Part shown: in pieces, positions 33,457-43,285 of the stretch
Layout of the letters: each line of letters begins with the position of its first letter
Numbering within the stretch: the first letter of the stretch is position 1
Notes under the pieces: generated by a model
Seen by the model: the letters and a program-made list of their open reading frames with translations, nothing else
What the model was told of the DNA's origin: nothing
Databases searched by the model: none
Made by a program: the position numbers and the translations under genes
Origin: Nannocystis bainbridge
GTDB lineage: Bacteria > Myxococcota_A > Polyangia > Nannocystales > Nannocystaceae
Assembly: GCF_028368995.1 (NCBI RefSeq)
Contig: NZ_JAQNDL010000003.1
Coordinates: 544,001-608,000 of the forward strand
Length of the DNA: 64,000 nt
Reading direction: 5' to 3'

Positions 33457-34318
33457 TCGAGTGAAGTACGGCGAGAAGCGATACGCGGTGAGACGACCTG
33501 ACCCTTCGAGCAGGCGGTCCTCGCCCGACGTCGTCCGCTCCTGAAGAAGGCCCCGCCGCGGATTCGGGGACCGCGCAGATCGTCTCGAGCGCGCAGCCGC
33601 TGCGACGATCGGGCTGGTTCTCGCGCGAGGGCCAGGCGCGCGATGGCCCCTCACGCGCAGATCCGTGCCCTCCGTGCGCGTCGAGCACGTCGGGATCGTG
33701 GCGTGCGCAGGGCTCGAGAACGCCTCCTCGCGCCGCGCCCGACCAGCTTCTCGGGTCGCGTGCGCCGACCCCCACCGTCGCCACCCGCCGCCCGGCCGGC
33801 GCGCCAGCAGGTGGGACGCGCTCGCCCGTACCGACCGGAGTTCAGTCGGTGAAGCCTCGCCTGCGACCGCGACGGCGGCGAAAGAAGAATTGCGAGGCTC
33901 GTCGCTCGCCGGTCGTTCTCGACCGTCGGCGGCGCACGCTGCCGGCGCAGCGGTCGAAAGCGCCGCGCAGTCTCGGCATCGCGCCCCACTCCAGCGATCG
34001 TCGACGACGCCGCGGGGTGCGGGATCGATCGCGCCGCACGTGCGAGCCTGCGCGACGCGTCTTGTTCGCCAGCGCGAGGTCGCGAGGCTCATGTCGCGCC
34101 GGTCGCTCGCGCGCCGCGTGCTCGTGCTCGCTGTCGCGGCGTCCGACGTCGTGGACCGCGGGAGCGAACTCGTGAACACAACAAACATCGAGAGCATGAC
34201 AACGCCGACGACGATCACGTCGAAGGGGTCATATCGCGCCCGCGCCGCCCGCAGCACCGGTTTTCGCGCATTGTTGCGTGATCACCAACAGATTCTCCGC
34301 GGCGATACAGTTTCTGCG

Positions 34319-36226
34319 ATGCGGTTCGGGCGGCTCTTGGCGAACGTGGCGGGCGGCGGCGTGGCGATCTTCGGAGCGCTCGCTTGCGGCGACGATTCGC
34401 CGGGTGCGATGACGATGCCGAACGAGAGCGCGACCGAGGTCATGGGCTCGACGTCGGCGCCCGCGCAGACCACCTCGGGCGAACCGTCGCCGACCACCAC
34501 CGACGCGCCCACCACCGATCCAGGCACCGACTCCACCGGCGGACAGATGACCACCGGCGAGGTCATCGGGACCACCGCGGACACCACCGAGGCGACCGAC
34601 GCGAGCAGCACCACGGGCCCCGGCGGGCCCCGCTGTCCCGCCGGCGAGCTCGCGTGTGACGGCGACGTCGCGCTCACCTGCGACGACGACGGCAACATCA
34701 TCGAGACCACGCCGTGCCCCGAGGTGTGTGTGCCGACCCTCGGTTGCGTGCTGTGCGTGCCGGGCACCGACGTGTGCGACGGCCCCGTCTCGAAGCACTG
34801 CCGCGCCGACGGCCTCGGCCTCGAGGAGAGCCTGTGCGACCCGCTGCAGGGCCTGCTGTGCGAGCCTGACAGCGGCCGCTGCGTCGGCGACTGTGCCAGT
34901 GACGCCCTGACCGCCAGCTACATCGGCTGCGACTACTACCCGACGGTCACGCCCAACATCGTCGCCGCCAACTTCGACTTCGCGGTCGCGGTCTCCAACA
35001 CCACCGACGAGCCGGCGCAGATCACCATCACCCGCGACGACGTGGTCGTCGACAGCTTCGAGGTCGCGGCGGGCGAGGTCGAGGTCGCCCCGCTGCCGTG
35101 GATCGCCGCGCTCAAGGAGCCCAAGGCGAGCACGATCGTCCAGGCCGGCGCCTATCGCCTGCGCTCCGACCGGCCGGTCTCGGTCTATCAATACAGCCCG
35201 CTCGAGTACGACAAGCGCGACAAGTTCTCCTACTCGAACGACGCCAGCCTGCTGCTGCCGACCAACGTGTGGGGCGCGGCGACCCGCGTGATCACCCGCA
35301 ACACCTTCGGCGCGCTGCCCGGCGCCTACGTCGTGGTCGCGCGCATCGACGGCACCCTGGTCGAGCTCACCCCGTCCAAGACCGGCGCGCCGGTGCTGCC
35401 GGGCGGCGGCGTCACGGCCGACGGCCACGGCCAGGCGCTGCTCAACGCCGGGGATGTCCTTTTGGTCATCTCGGGCGTGGCCGGCGGCACGCCCGATCAG
35501 GCCGACCTGACCGGCACCCTCGTCAGCGCCTCGGCCCCGGTGCAGGTGATCGGCGCTCACGCCTGCACCAACATCCCGTTCGACAAGCAGGCCTGCGACC
35601 ACCTCGAGGAGAGCAACCTGCCGCTGCAGAACCTCGCCAGCGGCTATTTCCTGACCACCCCGCTGGTCAAGCCGCCCAAGCAGCCGGCCGCCAAGAAGGC
35701 GCGCATGATCCGGATCGTCGCCACCGCGCCCGGCACCAGCCTCACCTACGACCCGCCGCAACCTGGCGCTCCGAGCATGCTCGAACAGCCAGGTGACTAC
35801 GCCGAGTTCACCTCGGCGCACGACCTGTGGATCGGCGCCAACCACCGGATCGCCGTCGCCGAGTACATGCTCGGCCAGGACGCCGGCGGCAACACCGGCG
35901 ACCCCGCCATGACCGTCGCCGTCCCGCCCGAGCTGTTCCGCACCACCTACGCCATCCACGCCCCCACCAACTACGAGAGCAACTACGTCAACGTGGTCGC
36001 CCCCACCGGCGTCACCGTGACCCTCGACGGCAACCCGGTCCCCGAGCCCGGATGGACGGCGATCGGCAAGACCGGCTGGTCGGTGGCCCGCCTGCCGCTC
36101 GCCAACAAGGGCGACGGTGACCACCGGCTGACCTCCGACCACCCCTTCGGCGTGCAGGTCTACGGCTACGGCCAGTACACGAGTTACTGGTACCCGGGCG
36201 GCCTCAACCTCGCGCCGCTCCCCTGA
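34319..36226 (+). CDS. IgGFc-binding-domain lipoprotein with a Thr-rich linker and Cys-rich segment
   Basis: Lipobox ALAC. Motifs SYIGCDYY, YSNDASLLLP, CDHLEE, GDPAM, GVQVYGYGQYTSYWYPGG. Confidence 0.85.
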   Translation: MRFGRLLANVAGGGVAIFGALACGDDSPGAMTMPNESATEVMGSTSAPAQTTSGEPSPTTTDAPTTDPGTDSTGGQMTTGEVIGTTADTTEATDASSTTGPGGPRCPAGELACDGDVALTCDDDGNIIETTPCPEVCVPTLGCVLCVPGTDVCDGPVSKHCRADGLGLEESLCDPLQGLLCEPDSGRCVGDCASDALTASYIGCDYYPTVTPNIVAANFDFAVAVSNTTDEPAQITITRDDVVVDSFEVAAGEVEVAPLPWIAALKEPKASTIVQAGAYRLRSDRPVSVYQYSPLEYDKRDKFSYSNDASLLLPTNVWGAATRVITRNTFGALPGAYVVVARIDGTLVELTPSKTGAPVLPGGGVTADGHGQALLNAGDVLLVISGVAGGTPDQADLTGTLVSASAPVQVIGAHACTNIPFDKQACDHLEESNLPLQNLASGYFLTTPLVKPPKQPAAKKARMIRIVATAPGTSLTYDPPQPGAPSMLEQPGDYAEFTSAHDLWIGANHRIAVAEYMLGQDAGGNTGDPAMTVAVPPELFRTTYAIHAPTNYESNYVNVVAPTGVTVTLDGNPVPEPGWTAIGKTGWSVARLPLANKGDGDHRLTSDHPFGVQVYGYGQYTSYWYPGGLNLAPLP

Positions 36227-36321
36227 CGGCCCACTCGGAGCGCAAACTTCGGACATCTCCTGGCCTGCACGGCGGTCCAGGCAGGTGAATTCATGCCCAC
36301 CAGCGAGAGGATTTCGAACTC

Positions 36322-37968
36322 TCAGCCGTCGACGAGCGCGGAGATCGTGGCGACCTCGGCGTCCGCGCGTGTGAGAGCTGCCAGCATCTCGGCGGCGCAG
36401 GCGGCACGATCGGCGGACACCGCGAGGACCGCTGGCATGAGCGTGTGGAGATCGCGGACGGTGCAGACCCGGTCGAGCGCCGGGCCGAGCAGCTCGAGGG
36501 CTTCCGGGAGATGGCCCATCGCGGCGAGCTCGACGACGATCGGCGCCACCGCTGCGGCCGCCAGCGGCTCGAAGCGCGCCAGGGCCAGCGCCGCCTCGAT
36601 CTGGTCGGTCGCCAGCCGGGCCGCGACGAGCTCCGGTTGCAGGTCTTGGATCAACGAGACCAGGCCCTCTTCGCCGACGAACGCGCGCTCCATCAAGGCG
36701 AGCGCGCCTGCCTCGTCGCCGCGCAAGCCGAGGGCCGCCGCCGCCGCGAAGATCGTCCTGCCGGGGCGCGCCTGGCGGAACCGCGCCGTCATGTCGGGCG
36801 CGTCGCGCCACTCGGCGAGCGCTCGCTCGAGGCGGCGCTGGCCCTGCGGCGTGAACCACTTGTCGTCGGCGACGAGGCCGAGCTCGCGTTGGCCGGCGGC
36901 GACTTCGACGACGAAGTTGCGTCCGTCGTCGAGCGTCGCAGCGACCTTGTCGAGGGCTTCGCGGGTGATCGCGGCGACGACCTCGCGGGCCCGCGGGCGA
37001 TCGCTGCTGGCGTGCATCGCCGCGAACTCGAGGCGAGCCTCGCGCAACTCGCCGGCGGTCAGCAGCCCTTCGCCGTACTGCTCGACCATCTCGGGCTCGG
37101 CAGCCTCGGCGCTGGCCCGCCACGAGGGCGCCCGCGCATCGTCCGGGCACGCCCGCGCGAGCCGGGCGGGCAGCCAGCGCGGCGGGTACGCCAGCGCGAG
37201 CGCGCCGTCGGGGTCGCCGCCGCGGACGAACGCGTCCACCACGTCTCGTCGCAGGGGCCCGTGGAACCGCGGAGCGACCGCGGCGAGCTCGCCTGCAGCC
37301 AGGGCCGCGGCGATCACGGCCCGCCCGGCATAAGACGGCACGCCGATGAAATCGGACGCTTGCGTGTCGAGCACGTGCTGGCGCGCCTCGGCGGCCGCGT
37401 CGGCGTCGCCGCGGCGCGCGTGGAGGATCCACAGCGCCGCGGCGATGGCACAGTGAGCCTCGCTGGCGCGATCGATCCGCGGGAACGCGCTCGTGAGGGC
37501 CTCGAGGTAGGCGGTCTCCATCTCCGGGTCGAGCTGCGCGCGCACCAGATACCACGCCAGCTCGGCCGCATGCGCCTTGTCGGGGTTGCTGGGAAGCACG
37601 CGGTGGAGCGCGATCAACGACACATTCGCGTCGTCAAGCTCGTGCTGGACCAGCAGGTCGACCACCTGATCGTCCTGGCCCGCCGGGACGCTCGTGAAGG
37701 CCTCGGCGAGCAGCTCGCGCGCCAGCTCGTCGCGGCCGCCGTCGCGCAGCGCCTGGGAGACCCGGCTGAGGGCCGCCGAGCGCGAGAACCACCGGCCCTG
37801 GACCGGGTGGGCACGCGCCCACGCGAGGGCGAGCTCGAGCTCCCCCGCCGCAACGGCTGCCTCGCCGAAGGTCCAGCCGAGCCCGAACGCGATGTCGATG
37901 ACGGCGAACCGCGGCAGCGCATGGCACCAGCGCCGGGCGCAGGCTTCGTGGGTCGCAGGCGTGGTCAC
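36322..37968 (-). CDS. Hypothetical alpha-helical (TPR-like) protein with atypical codon usage
   Basis: Long Ala/Leu-rich ORF with more A/T at third codon positions than its neighbours. Start uncertain (ORF extends to 38076). Confidence 0.65.
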   Translation of the reverse strand: MTTPATHEACARRWCHALPRFAVIDIAFGLGWTFGEAAVAAGELELALAWARAHPVQGRWFSRSAALSRVSQALRDGGRDELARELLAEAFTSVPAGQDDQVVDLLVQHELDDANVSLIALHRVLPSNPDKAHAAELAWYLVRAQLDPEMETAYLEALTSAFPRIDRASEAHCAIAAALWILHARRGDADAAAEARQHVLDTQASDFIGVPSYAGRAVIAAALAAGELAAVAPRFHGPLRRDVVDAFVRGGDPDGALALAYPPRWLPARLARACPDDARAPSWRASAEAAEPEMVEQYGEGLLTAGELREARLEFAAMHASSDRPRAREVVAAITREALDKVAATLDDGRNFVVEVAAGQRELGLVADDKWFTPQGQRRLERALAEWRDAPDMTARFRQARPGRTIFAAAAALGLRGDEAGALALMERAFVGEEGLVSLIQDLQPELVAARLATDQIEAALALARFEPLAAAAVAPIVVELAAMGHLPEALELLGPALDRVCTVRDLHTLMPAVLAVSADRAACAAEMLAALTRADAEVATISALVDG

Positions 37969-38225
37969 GAGGGGACCATAGCAGTGACGCACGGCTCGGC
38001 GATATCCGCCACGGCTCCGGAGGTCGCGACAGTGGCAGGTCCGCCGCCGGTGTACGGCCCGGGCCGTACCTGTCACTCGGTGCCGACCTTGCTCGCCGGG
38101 GCGGGTGAGGCCCCTACGTGCTCAAGGCGTCCGCCCGCCATGCGGCCTGGCGACCGCGCTACGGGCCATTTGCCAGTACACCCGCGACGGGTACCCGGGC
38201 GGCATCGCCTCTGAAGTTTCCGAAG

Positions 38226-38305
38226 GGACATGCCCTCACGGACATGCCCCATGCGTCATGCCCCATCGGACATGCCCCATCGGACATGCCCTCGCGGACA
38301 TGCCT
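38226..38305. repeat. 14-bp-pitch decamer array (6 units), the best-conserved copy
   Basis: GGACATGCCC-TCAC-GGACATGCCC-CATG-CGTCATGCCC-CATC-GGACATGCCC-CATC-GGACATGCCC-TCGC-GGACATGCCT. Cores 38229, 38243, 38257, 38271, 38285, 38299; abuts the purQ stop. Confidence 0.95.
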
Positions 38306-39129
38306 TAGCGCGACGCGATCGCCCGCACGCCGCCGGCCAGCAGGTGCAGGCCGAGCCCGTGCTCCGGCAGCGTCCCGGCCTCGCGCTGGGCGATCCAGTG
38401 CGGGTGGTTCTCCGGGTACAGGTACGCCTCCGGGTGCGGCATCAGCCCGAACACGCGGCCGCTCGGGTCGCACAGGCCGGCGATCCCACCTGGCGAGCCG
38501 TCGGGGTTGTCGGGCCAGCGCTCGGTCGGCGCCCCGGTCTCGTCGGCGTAGCGGACCGGGATGAGATGCCTGTCCTCGAGGACCTGTCGCAACGGACCTG
38601 TCTCGAAGACCAGCTTGCCCTCGCCGTGGCGGCTCGGCAGCTCGATGGTCGGCGGCAGGTCGCGGGTGAACACGCACGGGCTGGCGCGGTCGACCGCCAG
38701 GCGGACCCACGCGTCCCAGTAGCCGAGGCGGTCGTTCATCACCAGCGAGACCCGCTGCTGCAGCCCGGGCTCCAGGCCCGGCAACAGGCCCAGCTTGACG
38801 ATGGTCTGAAAGCCGTTGCAGATGCCGAGCACCAGCCCGCCGGCCTCGACGTGGCGCTGCAGCCGTTCGCCCATGCGGTAGCGCAGGCGGTTGGCGAACA
38901 CCCGGCCGCTGGCGATGTGGTCGCCGAAGCTGAAGCCGCCGATGAACACCACCAGCGGGTGGCCGGCCAGCGCGTCGTCGTCGGCGATCGCGTCGGCGAC
39001 GTGGCGCGCGGTCACCCGGGCCCCGATCGTCTGCAGCGCGGCGCACGTCTCGGCCTCGCAGTTGAGGCCGTAGCCGGTCAGGACCAGCGCGCGCACCTCG
39101 GCGGCGCCCTCGATCGCCAGCGGGTTCAT
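38305..39129 (-). CDS. purQ: Phosphoribosylformylglycinamidine synthase, glutaminase subunit
   Basis: Motifs GYGLNCE, GGFSFGD, GICNGFQ, HGEG, NPDGS, GLMPHPE. Start overlaps the purL stop. Confidence 0.95.
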   Translation of the reverse strand: MNPLAIEGAAEVRALVLTGYGLNCEAETCAALQTIGARVTARHVADAIADDDALAGHPLVVFIGGFSFGDHIASGRVFANRLRYRMGERLQRHVEAGGLVLGICNGFQTIVKLGLLPGLEPGLQQRVSLVMNDRLGYWDAWVRLAVDRASPCVFTRDLPPTIELPSRHGEGKLVFETGPLRQVLEDRHLIPVRYADETGAPTERWPDNPDGSPGGIAGLCDPSGRVFGLMPHPEAYLYPENHPHWIAQREAGTLPEHGLGLHLLAGGVRAIASR

Positions 39130-42100
39130 CGCTGCACCTCCTGCGCCCGCGCCGGCAGCGGCGCCGGTGGCCCGTGCAGCGCCGCCGGGCGGAACCGTTC
39201 GCGCAGCGCCGCCGCCGTCAATTCGACGATCGTCTGGGCTCCACGGCGCACGCGGAGCCAGCCGCCGCCGTCCTCGCCCGGCGCCGCGACCTGCCCCAGC
39301 GCCTGCAGCCCGTGCCCGCCGAGCCGCGCGGTCAGCTCGCCCGCGGCCGCCGGCTTGCACGTGAAGACGATGCGCCCGGTGCTCTCGCTGAACAGGAACT
39401 CGGCTGGCGTCAAGGACATGTCCTCCGGGACCGGTCGCAAAAGCTCATCGGTGACGGCGACCTCGAGCCCGAGCTCGCCGGCCAGCGTCATGTGGGCCAG
39501 GGCGACCGCCAGGCCGCCGCGGCCGGCGACGTGGGCCGAGCGGACCAGGCCGGCGTCGCGCGCCGCGGCGAAGGCGGCGTAGCGGGCCGCCGCGGCCGCG
39601 AGGTCGGTCGTCGGCACGCCGTGCAGGACGAGCCCGCGCTGGCGCGACAGCTCGCTGCCGCCGAGGTGCCGGCCGGTCGGGCCGAGCACGAACACGAGGT
39701 CGCCAGCGGCGATCGGCGCCAGGTCGAGGGCGCGCCGCACGTCGGGCATCTGACCGATCACCGAGACCAGCAGGGTCGGCGGGATCGAGATCTTCACGCC
39801 GCCGAGGTGGGCGTCGTTCTTCATCGAGTCCTTGCCGCTGACGAGCGGGACCCCGAACGCCTCGCAGGCGGCCCGCAGGCCCTCGCAGCAGCGCACCAGC
39901 TGGGCCAGCTTGTGCTCGCCGTCGGGCGTCTTGTCGCTCTGCACCGGGTCCGGCCAGCAGAAGTTGTCGAGCGCCGCCAGCCGATCGATCCGCGCCCCCG
40001 CGCACAGCGCCCGCCGCACCGCCTCGTCGACGCACGCGCGCGCCATCGCGTCGGTGTCGAGGTCGCCGTAGTGCGGGTGCACGCCCTCGGCCAGGATCAC
40101 GCCCTCGGGACGCAGGTGACGCGCGCGCATCACCGTCGCCGTCGACGGCACGTCCTGACGGGCCCCGACCCACGGCTTGACCACCGACAGGCCCTTGACC
40201 TCGTGGTCGTAGCGGCGCCCCAGGTGCTCGTGCGAGGCCATGTTCGGCCGCACCAGCATGTCCAAGAGGTCATGGCCGATCGAACCTGGCGCATCGGCCA
40301 GGCGCTGCTCGCCGAGCACCGCGGCGACCGCTGCCGGCGCGCTCTCGGGCCGCGCCGGCGGGCTCCAACGGGCCCGCAGCGGCACCCGCGGGGTGCCCTC
40401 GTGGAGGAACTCGAGGCCCAGGTCGAGCACCGGCTTGCCGGCCCAGGTGGCGCGCAGCCGGCCGCTGCTCGTGAACTCGCCGAGCGGGGTGGCCTCGACC
40501 TCGCGCCGGCGGGCCAGCTCGAGCAAGGCCTCGAGCCTGTCCTTCGGGACAGCCAGCGTCATGCGCTCCTGAGCCTCGGAGATCAGGACCTCCCACGGCA
40601 TCAGCCCGGGGTACTTGAGCGGCGCGAGCGCGAGGTCGATGTCGGCGCCGCCGGTGAAGGTGGCCATCTCGCCGATCGACGACGAAAGGCCGCCGGCGCC
40701 GTTGTCGGTGAGGCCGCTGTAGAGCCCGAGCTCGCGCGCCTCGGTCAGGAAGTCGGCGACCATCTTCTGCGTGATCGGGTCGCCGATCTGGACCGCCTGC
40801 ACCGGCGACGACTCGTCGAGCTCGACGCTCGAGAAGGTGGCGCCGTGGATGCCGTCCTTGCCGATGCGCCCGCCGAGCATGACGACGACGTCGCCGGCGC
40901 GCACGACCTTCTCGGCGGTCGGGCGCCCGGCCGAGGTCACCGGCATGACCGCGACGGTGCCGCAATAGACCAGCGGCTTGCCGGCGTAGCGGGCGTCGAA
41001 CAGCTCCCAGCCGCGGCTGTAGGGGATGCCGGATTGATTGCCGCCGTCGATGACGCCGCGGTGCACGCCGTCGCGGATCTTCCGCGGATGCATGAGCCCG
41101 GGCGGCAGCTGGCCGGCGAAGTCGGGCTCGCCGAAGCAATAGCCCCACACGTTGGTCAGCAGGTCGGCGCCGAGGCCGGTGCCGAGGCTGTCACGATTGA
41201 CGCCGACGATGCCGGTCATGGCCCCGCCATACGGGTCGAGGGCCGACGGCGAGTTGTGCGTCTCGACCTTGTAGACGAGGTGATCGGCGTCGCTGAAGCG
41301 GACCACGCCGGCGTTGTCGTGGAACACCGAGACGAGGAACGGCGCGTCGCCGTCGTCCGCCGCCCGGGCCGCCGCGATCGCCTCGGTGGCCCCGCGGATG
41401 TACGTGCGGAACAGGCCGCGATCGATCGTCCGCGTGGCGCCGTCAGGGTCGGTGTACTCGATCGGCGCGGCGAAGATCTTGTGCTTGCAGTGCTCGCTCC
41501 ACGTCTGCGCCAGGCACTCGAGCTCGGCGTCGGTCGGGTCGCGGCCGAGATCCACGAAGTGGCGCTGAATGGCCCGCATCTCCGTGAGCGTCAGCGCGAG
41601 CATGCCCTGCGTGCTGATCCGCATCAGCGTCGCGTCGTCGGCCGCGCCCAGCGCCACGGTGGCGACCACCGCCTCGTGGACCCCGCCGGCCCGCGGCACC
41701 GCGAACGCCTGCGGCCGCGGCGAGCGCTCGAGCGTCGCCCGCTCGATCAGCGGGTTGTGCAGCTCTCGCGCCGCTCGCTCGGCGTGGGCCTCCTCGAGGC
41801 CCCAGATCGCATAGGTGGTGCCCGTATAGACCTGCCCGCGCAGGGCCCGGCCGAGGCAGTCCTCCGCGGCTCGCTTGACGCTGGTGCCGACGCTGTCGGT
41901 CACGCCGGGGCGAAAGCCGATCGTCAGCAGCCAGGGATGGCCGGCGGCCCCCGCGGGCGCGCCGAAGTCGTCGGCGAGGGCGCCGATGGCCCCGACCTCG
42001 GCGACCGGATCGGTGAGCGCCGCGAGCACCTGCCGGGCCTCGTCCGGGCTGATGTCCAGATCGAGCCAATAGACCTTGCGCGACCGCAGGCCGGTCGGGT

Positions 42101-42233
42101 GCAGACCCGCGAGCTGCGCACCGGTCGCCGTCGCCAGCGCGTCGCTCAGGTCCGGCCGTACCGCGATCTCGAGCCGATACGTGCAGAGCTCGGGGACCGT
42201 CTCATGTGGATGCTCCGCTGATCGCTGGGCCAC
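39126..42233 (-). CDS. purL: Phosphoribosylformylglycinamidine synthase subunit PurL with N-terminal PurS-like domains
   Basis: Motifs AQTWSEHCKHKIF, DNAG, KVETHNSPS, DGIHGATFSS, DNGAGG, SEAQERM, DNFCWPDP, SGKDS, LFSES. Start uncertain. Confidence 0.95.
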   Translation of the reverse strand: MAQRSAEHPHETVPELCTYRLEIAVRPDLSDALATATGAQLAGLHPTGLRSRKVYWLDLDISPDEARQVLAALTDPVAEVGAIGALADDFGAPAGAAGHPWLLTIGFRPGVTDSVGTSVKRAAEDCLGRALRGQVYTGTTYAIWGLEEAHAERAARELHNPLIERATLERSPRPQAFAVPRAGGVHEAVVATVALGAADDATLMRISTQGMLALTLTEMRAIQRHFVDLGRDPTDAELECLAQTWSEHCKHKIFAAPIEYTDPDGATRTIDRGLFRTYIRGATEAIAAARAADDGDAPFLVSVFHDNAGVVRFSDADHLVYKVETHNSPSALDPYGGAMTGIVGVNRDSLGTGLGADLLTNVWGYCFGEPDFAGQLPPGLMHPRKIRDGVHRGVIDGGNQSGIPYSRGWELFDARYAGKPLVYCGTVAVMPVTSAGRPTAEKVVRAGDVVVMLGGRIGKDGIHGATFSSVELDESSPVQAVQIGDPITQKMVADFLTEARELGLYSGLTDNGAGGLSSSIGEMATFTGGADIDLALAPLKYPGLMPWEVLISEAQERMTLAVPKDRLEALLELARRREVEATPLGEFTSSGRLRATWAGKPVLDLGLEFLHEGTPRVPLRARWSPPARPESAPAAVAAVLGEQRLADAPGSIGHDLLDMLVRPNMASHEHLGRRYDHEVKGLSVVKPWVGARQDVPSTATVMRARHLRPEGVILAEGVHPHYGDLDTDAMARACVDEAVRRALCAGARIDRLAALDNFCWPDPVQSDKTPDGEHKLAQLVRCCEGLRAACEAFGVPLVSGKDSMKNDAHLGGVKISIPPTLLVSVIGQMPDVRRALDLAPIAAGDLVFVLGPTGRHLGGSELSRQRGLVLHGVPTTDLAAAAARYAAFAAARDAGLVRSAHVAGRGGLAVALAHMTLAGELGLEVAVTDELLRPVPEDMSLTPAEFLFSESTGRIVFTCKPAAAGELTARLGGHGLQALGQVAAPGEDGGGWLRVRRGAQTIVELTAAALRERFRPAALHGPPAPLPARAQEVQR

Positions 42234-42475
42234 GGGGCCTTGCTTGGCGCAGGACCACTCCGCTGTCAATCGCGCCTCCGGCCGGCTAGAGAGGAGTTTC
42301 CGCAAGGTCGAGCCTTGACAACCGCGATCCCGTCATGCAAAAGTCCGGACGAGGCTGACGCTTGGAGTGTCTGGTCTGGCGACTTCGTCGCCGTGACGAG
42401 TCGCTCGCTCGTTGTGATTTCCGTGGCGTCGGCACGGCCCTTTACGGGCTTCGCATACCGCTCCGAGGTTCATCT

Positions 42476-43093
42476 GTGAACAATCTGCCCCCCGGCCCTG
42501 CGGGCCTTGTGGACGATCGGCAAGAGCCGGTCCGTGACGCTTGGGCCGAGTCCCTGCGCGAAGTATTCGTCGACGTCATCAAGCAGCTGCCGAGCACCGT
42601 CACGCTCGGCGAGTTGGTCGAGGTCACGCGACAGAACCCCGCCCTCGCCCCGGTGCTCGATCACTACACCGTCCAGGAGCTCATCGACCTGGTGAAGGAC
42701 CGCCCGCGCTCGGCCGACCCGCTCGGCGCCGCCGCTGCGGCCGCCGTCGCCGCCGCCGCCGCCGCCAAGGTCAGCGAGCCGCAGTTCGACGAGGACGGCA
42801 ACCCGCTGCTCGACCTCGACGCCGGCTCGGCCGTCATCCGCCGCCGCGCCGACGCGCCCGACGGCGACCTCCGCCTGCTGCGCGCCCTCCTGCGCCAGAA
42901 GACCGGCCGCCGCGAGCCCGAGCTCGTGCAGGCCACCGGCCTCGCCTCCGACCAGGTGCGCCTGATCCTCCGCAACCTGCGGACCCGCGGCTACATCCAC
43001 ATCGAAGGCACCGGCGTCAAGCGCCGCGTCAAGATCACCCGCCACGGGGCCGGCTACCTGCGCAAGCTCGACCCCACGGCCGTGATCGCCTGA
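42476..43093 (+). CDS. Hypothetical protein with a C-terminal winged helix-turn-helix-like domain
   Basis: GAGG RBS and GTG start. Segment ELVQATGLASDQVRLILRNLRTRGYIHIEG...VKITRHG resembles a wHTH. Confidence 0.7.
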   Translation: MNNLPPGPAGLVDDRQEPVRDAWAESLREVFVDVIKQLPSTVTLGELVEVTRQNPALAPVLDHYTVQELIDLVKDRPRSADPLGAAAAAAVAAAAAAKVSEPQFDEDGNPLLDLDAGSAVIRRRADAPDGDLRLLRALLRQKTGRREPELVQATGLASDQVRLILRNLRTRGYIHIEGTGVKRRVKITRHGAGYLRKLDPTAVIA

Positions 43094-43111
43094 GCTGCTC
43101 GCTGTCCCGCG

Positions 43112-43163
43112 GAGCATGTCCTCCGCGCCATGCTCGTCAGGACATGTCCTGAAGCGCATGTGC
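43112..43163. repeat. 14-bp-pitch decamer array (4 units) between convergent genes
   Basis: CATG cores at 43115, 43129, 43143, 43157, plus a degenerate GCTG at 43101. Confidence 0.9.
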
Positions 43164-43210
43164 TCTCGGTCGTCCGCGACGCGTCCGCCCCCCTGACCTC
43201 CCCCGCGCAC

Positions 43211-43247
43211 GAAAAGCCCCGCCGCGTCGCCGCGAGCGGGGCTCTCG
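43211..43247 (-). terminator. Probable rho-independent terminator
   Basis: Minus strand reads GAGCCCCGC-(loop)-GCGGGGCTTTTC, downstream of the 43286 stop. Confidence 0.65.
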
Positions 43248-43285
43248 TCACGCCCAGATACGGATGGTAGGGCGGCGGCGCGGGC

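Noticed and set aside
33665-34318. N-terminal extension of the IgGFc ORF from 33665
   Set aside because: Low-complexity Arg/Ala/Ser translation; the signal peptide and lipobox begin at ATG 34319.
38226-38305. CRISPR interpretation of the decamer arrays
   Set aside because: Units are 10 bp with 4-bp spacers, far too short for CRISPR, and no cas genes are present.
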